Shown: positions 1 to 9,921 of the stretch, piece by piece
Position numbering within the stretch: position 1 is the first letter of the stretch
Layout of the letters: the number at the start of each line of letters is the position of its first letter
Assembly (NCBI GenBank): GCA_958447915.1
Contig: CAUDCB010000001.1
Coordinates: 5,193-69,192 of the forward strand
Direction of reading: 5' to 3'
Source: an uncultured Collinsella sp.
GTDB lineage: Bacteria; Actinomycetota; Coriobacteriia; Coriobacteriales; Coriobacteriaceae
Length of the DNA stretch: 64,000 nucleotides
Notes under the pieces: generated by a model
Told to the model about the DNA's origin: nothing
What the model saw: the letters and a program-made list of their open reading frames with translations, nothing else
Databases searched by the model: none
Program-made: the position numbers and the translations under genes

Positions 1-53
1 TCGGTCAGCTTCTCGTGGATGTCGTCGACGTGATTGACTTCCATCTCTTCCAT
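1..53 (-). CDS. 5' end of a CDS running off the window (MEEMEVNHVDDIHEKLT...), product unknown
   Basis: ATG at 53 preceded by GGAGG on the minus strand; frame open to the window edge. Confidence 0.55.
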   Translation of the reverse strand, partial: MEEMEVNHVDDIHEKLT

Positions 54-166
54 GAACAGGGCCTCCAGAGGGTGCAATTCAAAAAGGGGATAATACCCCT
101 AAGATAGACAAAACTCTAATACTATAGCACCCTGTTGTGGCCATACGCAAGTAGCTAATTAGCTAC

Positions 167-613
167 TTACAGAGTATCGGTGTCCAAGACGATGGTGAAT
201 GGGCCGTCGTTGACGAGATCGACTTTCATATCGGCGCCAAAGATGCCGTGCGCCACGTGTTCGACATCTTGGCGAACGAGCGTCAGGAAGTACTCGTAGA
301 GCTCGTTGGCGACATCGGGGGCGCCGGCATCCGTAAACGATGGGCGGCGTCCGTGACGGCAGTCGGCGAACAGCGTAAACTGCGACACCACGAGTACCTC
401 GCCGTCGACATCGGCAAGCGCCAGGTTGGTCTTGCCGTTCTCGTCCTCGTTGATACGCAGCCCGCGGAGCTTGCCCCACAGCTTGTCGGCCTCGGCACGC
501 GTATCGCCATGGCCCACACCCAGCAGCACCAGGTAGCCGCGTCCAATGCGACCCACGCACTCGCCGTCGACCGTCACGCCGGCGTTGAGCACGCGCTGCA
601 CCACCGCGCGCAC
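167..613 (-). CDS. dtd: D-aminoacyl-tRNA deacylase
   Basis: MRAVVQRV N-terminus, SQFTL and NDGPFT motifs. Confidence 0.95.
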   Translation of the reverse strand: MRAVVQRVLNAGVTVDGECVGRIGRGYLVLLGVGHGDTRAEADKLWGKLRGLRINEDENGKTNLALADVDGEVLVVSQFTLFADCRHGRRPSFTDAGAPDVANELYEYFLTLVRQDVEHVAHGIFGADMKVDLVNDGPFTIVLDTDTL

Positions 614-616
614 GGC

Positions 617-1258
617 CTACTCCTCGCCCGTCAGTTTGGCGGATAGGTGCTCGAGCGCATGGAATCGATGGCTGATGGCGTTCTTCTCGTCCGCCGTCAG
701 CTCGGCCATGGTCTTGCCCGGCGTGTCGCCCGGCAGGAACAGCGGGTCGTAGCCAAAGCCGTGATCGCCGCGGCCCTCGTGTGCGATAGTGCCCTCGCAG
801 GCGCCCTCACCATAGGTGACCAAACCGTCCGTGTCGATGAGTGCAACGACGCTCATAAAGCGCGCGGTGCGATCCTCGTCGGCCACGCCTTCCAGGTTAA
901 CGAGCAGCTTGGCGTTGTTGGCGGCATCGTCGCCATGCACGCCCGCATAGCGCGCGCTATACACGCCCGGCTCGCCGTCCAGGGCATCAACGACCAAGCC
1001 CGAATCGTCGGCAATGGCCATGAGCCCCGTCTCCTCGACCGCAGCCTGCGCCTTGATGATGGCGTTCTCCAAAAACGTCGTGCCGTTTTCCTCGGGGTCC
1101 TCAAAATCGCCCAGCTGACCGAGCGCCACAAAGCGCACCTCGGGCATGACCTTGCCCAAAATGGCCTCAATCTCGGTGAGCTTATGGGCGTTGCCGGTTG
1201 CCACGACGATGGTCGCCGCCGGGTCGAGGGTGTCGATGTCGATCTTCTCAAGTGCCAT
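617..1258 (-). CDS. rdgB: Non-canonical purine NTP pyrophosphatase (RdgB/Ham1)
   Basis: ATGNAHK, ADDSGL, PGVYSARY, GFGYDPLF, KNAISHR motifs; follows rph. Confidence 0.95.
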   Translation of the reverse strand: MALEKIDIDTLDPAATIVVATGNAHKLTEIEAILGKVMPEVRFVALGQLGDFEDPEENGTTFLENAIIKAQAAVEETGLMAIADDSGLVVDALDGEPGVYSARYAGVHGDDAANNAKLLVNLEGVADEDRTARFMSVVALIDTDGLVTYGEGACEGTIAHEGRGDHGFGYDPLFLPGDTPGKTMAELTADEKNAISHRFHALEHLSAKLTGEE

Positions 1259-1350
1259 GAGTGGTCTCCTTGTCTCTATAGCAATGCCGCGCCGAGGGCG
1301 ACGAGGGCCTCCGCCTCTCCCCTCTCAATCAACGGCAGTCTTATACTTCG

Positions 1351-1404
1351 ACGTTTTCCCAGATAAAACCTGCCAAAATAAACCTGTCACTTTTTGGTAG
1401 GTTA
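1351..1404. repeat. Dispersed ~52-bp hairpin repeat, family A copy 1
   Basis: acgttttcccagataaaacctgccaaaataaacctgtcactttttggtaggtta; near-identical at 30183-30234 and, inverted, at 35069-35121. Confidence 0.9.
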
Positions 1405-2127
1405 GGCGAGGGCTTGGCGCTGAAGCTCGATGAGCTCGGCGATACCCCTGTCGCCCAGGTCGAGCAGGGCGTTGAGGCGTTTGCGGTCGAAAGGCGCCTG
1501 CTCGCCGGTGCCCTGGAGCTCGATCATCTCACCGGTGTCGGTGGCGACAAGATTCATGTCGACCTCGGCGTGACTGTCCTCAGAATAATCCAGGTCGAGC
1601 AGCGTATTGCCGTCGACAACGCCCATGGAGATGGCAGCCACCTGGCCGGTAAGCGGGATGCGCTCGATCTTGCCCGCCTCGACCCACATGGCGAGGGCGT
1701 CGTGCAGCGCCACCCAGGCACCGGTGATGCTCGCTGTACGCGTGCCGCCATCGGCCTGAATCACATCGCAGTCGACGGTGACGGTGTACTCGCCGAGCGC
1801 CTTCATGTTGACGACGGTGCGCAGGCTGCGGCCAATGAGGCGCTCGATCTCCATGGAGCGACCCTTGCGGTTGGCGTGCTCGCGCTTGCAGCGCTTGCCG
1901 GTCGACGCCGGCAGCATGGCGTATTCCGCGGTCACCCAGCCGGCCTTAGCTCCCTTTCGCCAGCCCGGCACGCCCTCCTCGATAGTGGCGGCGCACAGCA
2001 CGCGCGTGTCGCCGAACTCGGCCAAACACGAGCCGTGGGCGTGCTTCATGACGCCACGGGTGAGCTTAACGGGGCGCAACTCGTTGGCGGCGCGGCCGTT
2101 GGCACGGTTGACCTGCATGTACTCCAT
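1402..2127 (-). CDS. rph: Ribonuclease PH
   Basis: [40 protein letters not shown] motifs. Confidence 0.96.
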   Translation of the reverse strand: MEYMQVNRANGRAANELRPVKLTRGVMKHAHGSCLAEFGDTRVLCAATIEEGVPGWRKGAKAGWVTAEYAMLPASTGKRCKREHANRKGRSMEIERLIGRSLRTVVNMKALGEYTVTVDCDVIQADGGTRTASITGAWVALHDALAMWVEAGKIERIPLTGQVAAISMGVVDGNTLLDLDYSEDSHAEVDMNLVATDTGEMIELQGTGEQAPFDRKRLNALLDLGDRGIAELIELQRQALA

Positions 2128-2181
2128 AGAAATATCCTTTCGGCAAAAGATGTGGCGAAGGCTTTGGCGGCTGCCTTACAT

Positions 2182-3066
2182 CTATTTCAGTTCATCGATA
2201 TCAATATGTTCGATGCTCTTGAGCGGCTGACCAAAGATAAAGCTGCCCGCCACCGCAAACTCGGCAATGTTATCGGCCGTCGTGGCAAAACGATGCTGCG
2301 GCTCGGCGGCGTCGCCCGCCAGCTGCTCGCGGCGCGTGAGGATATCGGTCAACTCGCGTGTGGTCTCCTCGGCGGAACTCACGACGCGCACCCCAGGCCC
2401 CAGCGCATGCCGGATAGGTCCCACCAACAGCGGAAAATGCGTACAGCCGAGCACCACGGTATCGATACCGTGGTCGCGCAGCGGCTCAACCGTGGCACCC
2501 ACCAGCGCACGCACGGCAGGCGTATCGAAGATGTCCTCGTTCTCAAGCCACTGTTCCTGCAGATGTGCACCCGAGGCGAGCTCGTGTTCGACAACCTCGA
2601 CAAAGCTCGAGGCAGGACAGCCGTATACATCGACGCCGGCATCTAGATCCTGAATGGCGCGCGTATAGGCACCCGAGCGGATGGTGAGGTTGGTGGCGAG
2701 CACGCCCACACGACGCGTACGCGTGCTGTTGATTGCCGCACGGGCACCCGGCGCGATCACACCGATCACGGGAACGTCGAGCACCTGCTGGGCCAGACGC
2801 AAGGCCGCAGCGGTCGCCGTGTTGCAGGCGATGACCATAATCTTGACGTCGTGCTTCGAAAGCCAACGACCCGCCTGCAACGCAAACGAGCGCACTTCAT
2901 CCTCGGTGCGGGTGCCGTAGGGGCAGCGCTTGGTGTCGCCAAAGTAGTAGACGGACTCGTGCGGCAGCGCCGTCGCAATCGCGCGCGCAACCGTCAGACC
3001 GCCCAAACCAGAATCGAACACGCCAATCGGGCGCGTGTCGCCTGCCGGATTCTCGATATCGGACAT
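2182..3066 (-). CDS. murI: Glutamate racemase
   Basis: IGVFDSGLGGLTV, IACNTATA, LGCTHFP motifs. Confidence 0.96.
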   Translation of the reverse strand: MSDIENPAGDTRPIGVFDSGLGGLTVARAIATALPHESVYYFGDTKRCPYGTRTEDEVRSFALQAGRWLSKHDVKIMVIACNTATAAALRLAQQVLDVPVIGVIAPGARAAINSTRTRRVGVLATNLTIRSGAYTRAIQDLDAGVDVYGCPASSFVEVVEHELASGAHLQEQWLENEDIFDTPAVRALVGATVEPLRDHGIDTVVLGCTHFPLLVGPIRHALGPGVRVVSSAEETTRELTDILTRREQLAGDAAEPQHRFATTADNIAEFAVAGSFIFGQPLKSIEHIDIDELK

Positions 3067-3117
3067 TACCTCACCAGTCTCTCTCGAAAAGACATGTCCA
3101 AGTGCGGCGGCGGCGCG

Positions 3118-4029
3118 CTACGAACGCGCCGCGACCAGCAGCTCTGCCGTCGCCGCCCAACCGTCGACAATTTTGCCACGCGTAACGAAAGCGTTCTCGC
3201 AAGCAGCCAAGAACTCGGGCGCGCCGGCGCTCGTCAGGCCATTCTCGACCAAGCAGAACGTGCCCACGTGATCGGCCATGTAGAAGTCGGACTCGGAATC
3301 GCCGAGTGCGAGCGTCTCCTCGCGCTCGATCCCCAGGTGCTCGCAGAAGCGCGCAATGGCGACGCCTTTGTTGAGGCCCGCGGGGTTGATGTTGAATGCG
3401 CGACCGTCCTCGACGCGATCGAGCTCGAGCGTCGTCGGCTTGGACAGGTGAGTCAGATGGCCATTGCAAGCCCAGATCAGACCGCAGCCGGCCTCGTCCA
3501 GGATGGCCTGGACCTCATCGTCAGGCACATCGCCGCGCATGCCGACGGTGACCTCACGGTATTTGTAGCCGGTCGACATGTCGTTGTGATACTCGATCTT
3601 GTGCGGCCAGCGGGCGAGGATCTTCTCGCACACGCCGGTCTGCTCGATCACCTGGTGCGGAGTAAGGCCGCAGACGGGGTCGTAAGGCATGTCGCCGGTC
3701 AGATACTCCCAATCGTTGGCCTTGAGGTCGTACATGACCAGGCCGCCCATCTCACCAATGTAGGAGTTGAGGCCGAGCACGCGCGCGTCCTCGTGGATCA
3801 TTGTGCGGTTGCGGCCCGAGGTGGGAACCACCTGAATACCAGCGCGAGCGAGCGCCACGACGGCCTCGACGAGTTTGGTCGAAGGGTTGCCGTCGTTGTC
3901 GCGCAGCACGCACGAGCCGGGTGCGAGCATCGTGGCATCCAGGTCGGTAAAGACGTACTTGACCTTGGCCAAGCGCTCGCGCATCTCGCCCGAAAGCTCG
4001 GCAACGGTCGGCAGGGTGTTGTGGGACAT
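3118..4029 (-). CDS. HAD-superfamily (Cof/IIB-like) hydrolase
   Basis: FTDLDATML, TSGR, KGVA, LGDSESD motifs; start placed at the ATG after GGAG. Confidence 0.85.
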   Translation of the reverse strand: MSHNTLPTVAELSGEMRERLAKVKYVFTDLDATMLAPGSCVLRDNDGNPSTKLVEAVVALARAGIQVVPTSGRNRTMIHEDARVLGLNSYIGEMGGLVMYDLKANDWEYLTGDMPYDPVCGLTPHQVIEQTGVCEKILARWPHKIEYHNDMSTGYKYREVTVGMRGDVPDDEVQAILDEAGCGLIWACNGHLTHLSKPTTLELDRVEDGRAFNINPAGLNKGVAIARFCEHLGIEREETLALGDSESDFYMADHVGTFCLVENGLTSAGAPEFLAACENAFVTRGKIVDGWAATAELLVAARS

Positions 4030-4136
4030 GGTTACTCCGTTTACGTAGAAGGGTTTGGACTTGGACGGCATGTTTTGATTGAGGGAACACGCTTATGGCG
4101 ACAGCGCACTCAGGGCGCCGCCGCCATCATGGTTCA

Positions 4137-5699
4137 TTAGTCAAACTGGGTAACATCGATTAGGCGATTGGCCAGCGAAAGGTCGCTCTCGATGGGCACG
4201 AACTCGTCGCCCACGTGCATGAGCTCCTCGTCACCCTTTGCCAGCAGCAGGACAATGGTGGGAGCATCGGGGTTGACGTACTCCTCGCGCGCCGCCTTGA
4301 ACGCCGCATGCACAGCGGCTTCGCGATCGAGGATGATCTTGTTCGGCGTATCGTCGGGAACATGTTCGGCAAGCTCGCGACAGACCTTCATCGGGTCCTC
4401 GTGAGCCGGGTCCTCGTTGGCAAAGATCATCAGGTCGGAATATGGTGCGGCCTCGCGCGGAAGCTGCTCGCGGCGCTCCTGCGCCTTGCCGCCGGCAGCG
4501 CCAAACACTGCGATGACCGGGCTGACGGGAAACGCGCGCTTCACCGACGAGAAAAGCGAGCGGAACGAAAGCTGGTTGTGCGCGTAGTCGACGACACAAA
4601 TCACGCGGCCGTCCTTCGACTCCACGACCTCCATACGGCCCGGCACACGCAGTTTGGAGAGGCCCTTCTTGATAGCCTCGATACCGATGCCGATCTCGCG
4701 CGCGGCGGCGATAGCGACCAGCGCGTTCTCCACGTTAAAGTCGCCCGCGATGCCCAGCAGGACCTTCTCCCCCGCCTCGGACTCGTCGGCACACAGGCCA
4801 TGCAAGTTGAACTCGATGCTAAAGCCGACCATGCGTACGTCGCTCGCCCACAGGCTTGCCTCGGGATGCTCGACGCCAACGGTCACCAAGCGCTCGGCCG
4901 TCGACGCTGCCTCCAGCACACGGTCGACCTCTTCGGTGCCCAGATTCACCACGGCGGTCTTTGCCTGGTCAAAGATCCTGAGTTTGCTCTCAAAATAATC
5001 CTCAAACGTGGGGTGTTCGATCGGCGAGATGTGGTCGCGGCCGATGTTGAGGAAGCACGCCACGTCAAATGGCAGGTTCTCGACGCGCTGGTACTTGAGC
5101 GCCTGGCTCGAGACCTCCATGACCATGGACTGGCGACCGGACGTGCGGCAGTTGGCGATATGGCGCCAGACCTCGGGGGCCTCGGGCGTAGTATTGGTGC
5201 TCTCATAGCACTCGATACCATCGTCGGTACTCACCGAGCCGATCATGCCGCAGGACTCGCCCGCCGCCTTGATGATGGACTGGAGCATAAAAGCGGCCGT
5301 GGTCTTTCCCTTGGTACCGGTGATGCCCACGATCTTGACGTCGTGGTCGGGACGGTCGTAGACCTCCGGCGGCAACAGGGCCATGGCCGTGCGAACGCTA
5401 TCAACAACCAGCATCGCAGCACCGCTCTCCTGCGCCAGCGGCTCCAGAGACTCGACCAGCGACTCCTCGCACACAAATACGACGGCGCCCGCATCGAGCG
5501 CCATGCTCAAAAACGCGGGCTTAAAGGCAGCACCTTTGCAAAAGAACACGTCACCTGCCGAGACCGAGCGCGAATCAAACGAGCAGCCGGTCACGGCACG
5601 CTCGTCAACCTGCTCTGATGCGCGCAGCTCGCCGCACACATCGAGCAGCTTGGCAAGCGTATCAACTGTGGTCACGGTCGCGGAATCCGAATGGTGCAT
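4137..5699 (-). CDS. murE: UDP-N-acetylmuramyl-tripeptide synthetase (MurE family)
   Basis: GITGTKGKTT P-loop, TTPE, MEVSSQ, VPGRME, VDYAHN motifs. Confidence 0.9.
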   Translation of the reverse strand: MHHSDSATVTTVDTLAKLLDVCGELRASEQVDERAVTGCSFDSRSVSAGDVFFCKGAAFKPAFLSMALDAGAVVFVCEESLVESLEPLAQESGAAMLVVDSVRTAMALLPPEVYDRPDHDVKIVGITGTKGKTTAAFMLQSIIKAAGESCGMIGSVSTDDGIECYESTNTTPEAPEVWRHIANCRTSGRQSMVMEVSSQALKYQRVENLPFDVACFLNIGRDHISPIEHPTFEDYFESKLRIFDQAKTAVVNLGTEEVDRVLEAASTAERLVTVGVEHPEASLWASDVRMVGFSIEFNLHGLCADESEAGEKVLLGIAGDFNVENALVAIAAAREIGIGIEAIKKGLSKLRVPGRMEVVESKDGRVICVVDYAHNQLSFRSLFSSVKRAFPVSPVIAVFGAAGGKAQERREQLPREAAPYSDLMIFANEDPAHEDPMKVCRELAEHVPDDTPNKIILDREAAVHAAFKAAREEYVNPDAPTIVLLLAKGDEELMHVGDEFVPIESDLSLANRLIDVTQFD

Positions 5700-5811
5700 C
5701 TTTCACCTTTCTCAGCCATTTGGCAGGGACGATTTTTATAGTAACTGAAACGCACCCACGCAAAAACGGCTCCCGGAGGAGCCGTTACGCGCAGGCGTTC
5801 GTAAGCCGAGG

Positions 5812-7692
5812 CTAGGCAGCCTGAACAGCGGGCTGGTCCTCGTCGATAAAGAAGCGCTTGTACCACACCAGAAACACGAGCGGCGTATAGATCTTGCGCT
5901 GGAAATCGCCCTTGCCCGCAAAGTGCAGATCGAGCAGGTGCATGAGCTCGTCGGTATCGAAGAACTCGCTTGCCCACGGCGCGGTGAAGTACTCCTTGAC
6001 ATAGTCGTACCACTTTTGCTCGCGCAGCCAGTAGACAATCGGCACCGGGAAGCCCACCTTGGGACGGGTGGCCCACTCATCGGGCAGCGACTTGTTGGCA
6101 GCATGGCGGAGTACCTGCTTGTTGCCGTTCTCGTTGATGCGGTAGCGGTCGGGAATGTGCTCGGCGAACTCCATGACTTTGCGGTCCAGGAAGGGCACGC
6201 GCAGCTCCAGCGAGTGCGCCATGCACATCTTGTCGGCCTTGAGCAGAATGTCGCCCGGGAGCCACATGTTCATGTCCAGGTACTGCTTCTTGACCAGCTC
6301 GGGCTGGCCCTTCACGCGTGCGTAGATGGGTGCAGCGAGCTCAAAGGCGCCGTCGCCGGTGTTGTACTCGGGCTTGAGTACGCCGTCGACCTCGCGCTCA
6401 GGCCATACCAAGGCCTGGCCCAGGAACGACTTCTCGGGAATCTCGGCACCCTTGACCAGAAAGTTATGGCCCTTGAAGTACGGCATATGCAGCGCCAAGT
6501 TACCGAGCGCGCGGCGAATGGACAACGGCACCATCTTTTTGTACTTGCGCACCGGAACCGTGTCCTCGTAGTAGGCGTAGCCGCCAAAGAGTTCGTCAGC
6601 GCCTTCGCCCGAAAGCACGACGGTGACGTCCTTGCGGGCCATCTCGGCCAAGAACCATAGCGGCACAGACGACAGGTTGGACTGCGGCTCGTCCATGTGA
6701 TACTGAATGTCCTCGAGTGCGCCAAAGAACTCGTCGGCGGTGATCATCTTGCGGACATTCTCGACGCCGAGCTTATCGGAAAGCTCCTTGGCGTAGTTGG
6801 TCTCGTTGAAGTTCTTGTAGTCGAAGCCCACCGAGAAGGTTTTGTCGGGCATGAGGCAAGCGGCGATGTAGCTGGAGTCGACGCCACCGGAGAGGAACGA
6901 TGCGACCTTGACGTCGGCGATGCGATGGGCCTCGACGCTCTCGTGCACGACCTCGTCCAGCTCGTCGACGTACTCCTCGAACGGCTTCTCGACGGCAGAG
7001 TAATCACAATCCCAGTAGCGCTCGATGTTCATCTTGCCGGTCGGGATGTCTACGGTGAAGTAATGCGCCGGCGGCAGTTTGTAGACACCCTCGAAGAAGG
7101 TCTCCTCGGTTGCCGAATACTGCAGCGTCATGTACGGACGCAGGGCCTTTTTGTTGACCGCCTTGTGGAAGTGTGGGTAGTCTAGGAAGCTCTTGATCTC
7201 GGATCCAAAGAGCACACCCGGCGCACCGTCGCCCGCATCGGCCATGGGATAGTAGTAGAGCGGCTTGATGCCAAAGATATCGCGGGCGCCAAAGAGCTTG
7301 TTCTTCTTCTTGTCCCAGATGACGAAGGCGTACATGCCACGCAAGCGATCGAGTACGGCCTCGCCCCACTCTTCGTAGCCGTGCAGGAGGCTCTCGGTGT
7401 CGGCGCCGCAGTGGAAGTTATAGCCCTTGGCCTCGAGCTCGGAACGGAGTTCTTGGAAGTTGTAGATCTCGCCGTTGAAGACAATGACGACGCTACCGTC
7501 CTCGTTGGCCATGGGCTGAGCGCCAGCCTCGGTCAGGTCGAGGATCGACAGGCGGCGGAAGCCCAGGGCAACGCGGCCGTCGATAAACTGACCGCCCATG
7601 TCGGGACCGCGATGGACGATGCGGTCCATCATCTTGGTGAGCACCTCGGATTGGTTATCCGTCCCACCGACAAAACCGACAAAACCGCACAT
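5812..7692 (-). CDS. asnB: Asparagine synthase (glutamine-hydrolysing) family amidotransferase
   Basis: N-terminal MCG nucleophile, HRGPD, FNGEIYN, LSGGVDSS, LSGEGADELFGGY. Confidence 0.95.
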   Translation of the reverse strand: MCGFVGFVGGTDNQSEVLTKMMDRIVHRGPDMGGQFIDGRVALGFRRLSILDLTEAGAQPMANEDGSVVIVFNGEIYNFQELRSELEAKGYNFHCGADTESLLHGYEEWGEAVLDRLRGMYAFVIWDKKKNKLFGARDIFGIKPLYYYPMADAGDGAPGVLFGSEIKSFLDYPHFHKAVNKKALRPYMTLQYSATEETFFEGVYKLPPAHYFTVDIPTGKMNIERYWDCDYSAVEKPFEEYVDELDEVVHESVEAHRIADVKVASFLSGGVDSSYIAACLMPDKTFSVGFDYKNFNETNYAKELSDKLGVENVRKMITADEFFGALEDIQYHMDEPQSNLSSVPLWFLAEMARKDVTVVLSGEGADELFGGYAYYEDTVPVRKYKKMVPLSIRRALGNLALHMPYFKGHNFLVKGAEIPEKSFLGQALVWPEREVDGVLKPEYNTGDGAFELAAPIYARVKGQPELVKKQYLDMNMWLPGDILLKADKMCMAHSLELRVPFLDRKVMEFAEHIPDRYRINENGNKQVLRHAANKSLPDEWATRPKVGFPVPIVYWLREQKWYDYVKEYFTAPWASEFFDTDELMHLLDLHFAGKGDFQRKIYTPLVFLVWYKRFFIDEDQPAVQAA

Positions 7693-7879
7693 ATTCTATC
7701 CCCTCTGCTGTTGCTGGGTATCAAATCGAATCAGTAGCTTTTGAGTATACCCGAGGGTGTAAAGAGGAACGGAATGTTCAGGCAATCTCAACTGAATCAG
7801 CTCCGCGCCGACACGCACCGGTTACCTTTAATGGATATGAGGTGAATGGGGCGATTGTTTTGCTATACTCTCTCCGCAC

Positions 7880-7955
7880 GGGCGATTGGCGCAACGGTTA
7901 GCGCAGGTGCTTTACACGCACAAGGCTGGGGGTTCGAATCCCTCATCGCCCACCA
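7880..7955 (+). tRNA. tRNA-Val (anticodon TAC), CCA encoded
   Basis: Cloverleaf: acceptor GGGCGAT/ATCGCCC, D-stem GCGC/GCGC, anticodon loop TTTACAC, T-loop TTCGAAT, 3' ACCA; upstream TGnTATACT -10. Confidence 0.95.
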
Positions 7956-8209
7956 CCGAATTGGAAACGGTCCTCGAAAGGGGACCGTTTTTGTTTGGGC
8001 CCATCGCAGAGGGATTCGAACCCGCAAGGGTGCGGAGCTGAGGAAACGCGAAGCGTTTTCCAGCGCAGCACGCGAGGAGCGGAGCGACGAAGCGGGGCGC
8101 GGGCGGCGCCAGCCGCCCGCGGACATCCCTCATCGCCCACCACCGAATTGGAAACGGTCCTTGCAAGGGGACCGTTTTTGTTTGGGCCCATTTCATGGGA
8201 TTCGAACCC
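7938..8209 (+). repeat. Direct repeat of the tRNA-Val 3' end plus terminator (7938-8023 and 8125-8209)
   Basis: atccctcatcgcccaccaccgaattggaaacggtcc-N-ggggaccgtttttgtttgggccca...gggattcgaaccc occurs twice, 187 bp apart. Confidence 0.9.
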
Positions 8210-8234
8210 TAAGGACCCCTTATTTCAAGGTCCG

Positions 8235-8451
8235 TGGTCAAAAAATGGCAAAAATGAGTACTGCTACTTTGCTTGCAACATATAAAAAGATAGTATTTGC
8301 TTAAGTTACGCAACATATGTCCATTATAAGGACTAACAATTGGATCAAAATCGTGCATTCATCGCCATTTCGTCTTGCTATCTGGCCTTATTAGTCCAAA
8401 ATTGCTGCTACCAAATCGGTAACAGTACTCATATTTGATGTTTTTTGACCA
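8235..8451. mobile_element. MITE-like AT-rich segment with ~33-bp imperfect terminal inverted repeats
   Basis: tggtcaaaaaatggcaaaaatgagtactgctac (8235-8267) matches the reverse complement of 8419-8451 (tggtcaaaaaacatcaaatatgagtactgttac); no ORF inside. Confidence 0.5.
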
Positions 8452-8567
8452 GCAGGTATCCCCGCCTTAGCAAATCGATAGCAAAACGGGCTCCAGACCG
8501 CTAAATCGCGCCGTATATGGCACGTCCGCAGTCCGGAACCCGCTCCAAATTAAGCTATTGCGCTGTG

Positions 8568-9851
8568 TTAGGCCAAAACGTCCGACAAAATTTCGATCAG
8601 GCTGTCCACGTCGGCTTCCTCGCAGACAAGCGGCGGCAGGAAGCGCAGTGTATGAGCTCCGGTCGCGTTAATCACAGCACCGGCCTCCAACGCTCGGGCA
8701 ACAATGTCATGCGCATCGCCCGCAGCGTCATCCAGATCGCAGCCGAGCATTAAGCCGCGACCGCGTACCTCAACCACATGCGGCAGTTTGGTGAGCTTTG
8801 CCTCCATATAAGCACCCACCTTAGCAGCATGCTCACCATAATCGCCGCGCACGAGCGCGGAGAGCGTCGCGGCGCACGCCGCGACAGCCAAGCAGCTGCC
8901 GCCAAAGGTCGAGCCGTGGTCGCCCGGCTTAAACACGTCGGCGATCTCCTTCTTTGCCACCACGGCGCCCATGGGCACGCCATCGGCAATGCCCTTGGCA
9001 AGGCTCATAATGTCGGGCTCCACGCCGTAGGTCTGGAATGCAAACGGCTTGCCAGAGCGGAAGATGCCACACTGGACCTCGTCGGCGATAAGAACGGCGC
9101 CCACCTCGTGTGCCAAGTCGCGCGCCGCCGCCATAAACTCCTCAGTCATGGGGTGCACGCCGCTCTCGCCCTGAATCGGCTCGAGCATCACGGCGCAGAC
9201 CTCGCTTCCCAGCTGCTTAAAGATTGCACGCAGCTCATCGACATCGTTGGGCGTGCAGGCCACAAAGCCACCCGGCAGCGGACGGAAGCTGTCCTGCAGC
9301 CAATCCTGCATGGTGGCGGCAATGGTCTCGAGCGTACGGCCGTGGAAGCCACCGCGCATGCATACGATGGTGTTGCCGCCGTTACCAGCACGCTTGGCGT
9401 ACAGACGCGCGAGCTTCATCGATCCCTCGTTGGCTTCGGCACCAGAATTGGCAAAGAATGTCTCCCACACTTGCTCGTCCGCAGCCGGGGCACCGAGCGC
9501 AGCGGCCGTGGTCTCATCGCCGGCGGCAATGGCATCGGCCAGAACGCACGCACCATCTACGTCGTCGTTGGCGAGCTTGGACAGCAGCGCTGCGACCTGT
9601 CCACGCTGCTCAATGTAGAAGTAATTGGAGACATGCATGAGCTTTTTGGTCTGCGCCTCGAGCGCCGAGAGCACTGCAGGGTTGCCGTGGCCCAGGCTGC
9701 ATACGCCAATACCGGCTAGAAAGTCGAGGTACTCGCGGCCATCGTCGTCGGTGAGCTTCATGCCGTGGCCTTCGACAAACTCTACCGGAGAGCGACCAAA
9801 AGTATGCATAACGTAATGGGATTCGAGCGATTGTTGAGTTGCAAGTGACAT
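8568..9851 (-). CDS. argD: Acetylornithine aminotransferase
   Basis: NSGAEANE, FHGRT, EPIQGESGV, DEVQCG, SLAKG PLP-lysine; arg operon context. Confidence 0.93.
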   Translation of the reverse strand: MSLATQQSLESHYVMHTFGRSPVEFVEGHGMKLTDDDGREYLDFLAGIGVCSLGHGNPAVLSALEAQTKKLMHVSNYFYIEQRGQVAALLSKLANDDVDGACVLADAIAAGDETTAAALGAPAADEQVWETFFANSGAEANEGSMKLARLYAKRAGNGGNTIVCMRGGFHGRTLETIAATMQDWLQDSFRPLPGGFVACTPNDVDELRAIFKQLGSEVCAVMLEPIQGESGVHPMTEEFMAAARDLAHEVGAVLIADEVQCGIFRSGKPFAFQTYGVEPDIMSLAKGIADGVPMGAVVAKKEIADVFKPGDHGSTFGGSCLAVAACAATLSALVRGDYGEHAAKVGAYMEAKLTKLPHVVEVRGRGLMLGCDLDDAAGDAHDIVARALEAGAVINATGAHTLRFLPPLVCEEADVDSLIEILSDVLA

Positions 9852-9921
9852 GGGATGCCTTTCGTTGGGCGCCGTACGGCGCAGGGCTATGGGTGCAGGG
9901 ACGCGACGACCCGCGGGTCAG

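Noticed and set aside
7846..8304. Short ORFs across the tRNA region, or an intact prophage/island at tRNA-Val
   Set aside because: The ORFs overlap the tRNA and repeats; only 187 bp separate the duplicated ends and there is no integrase
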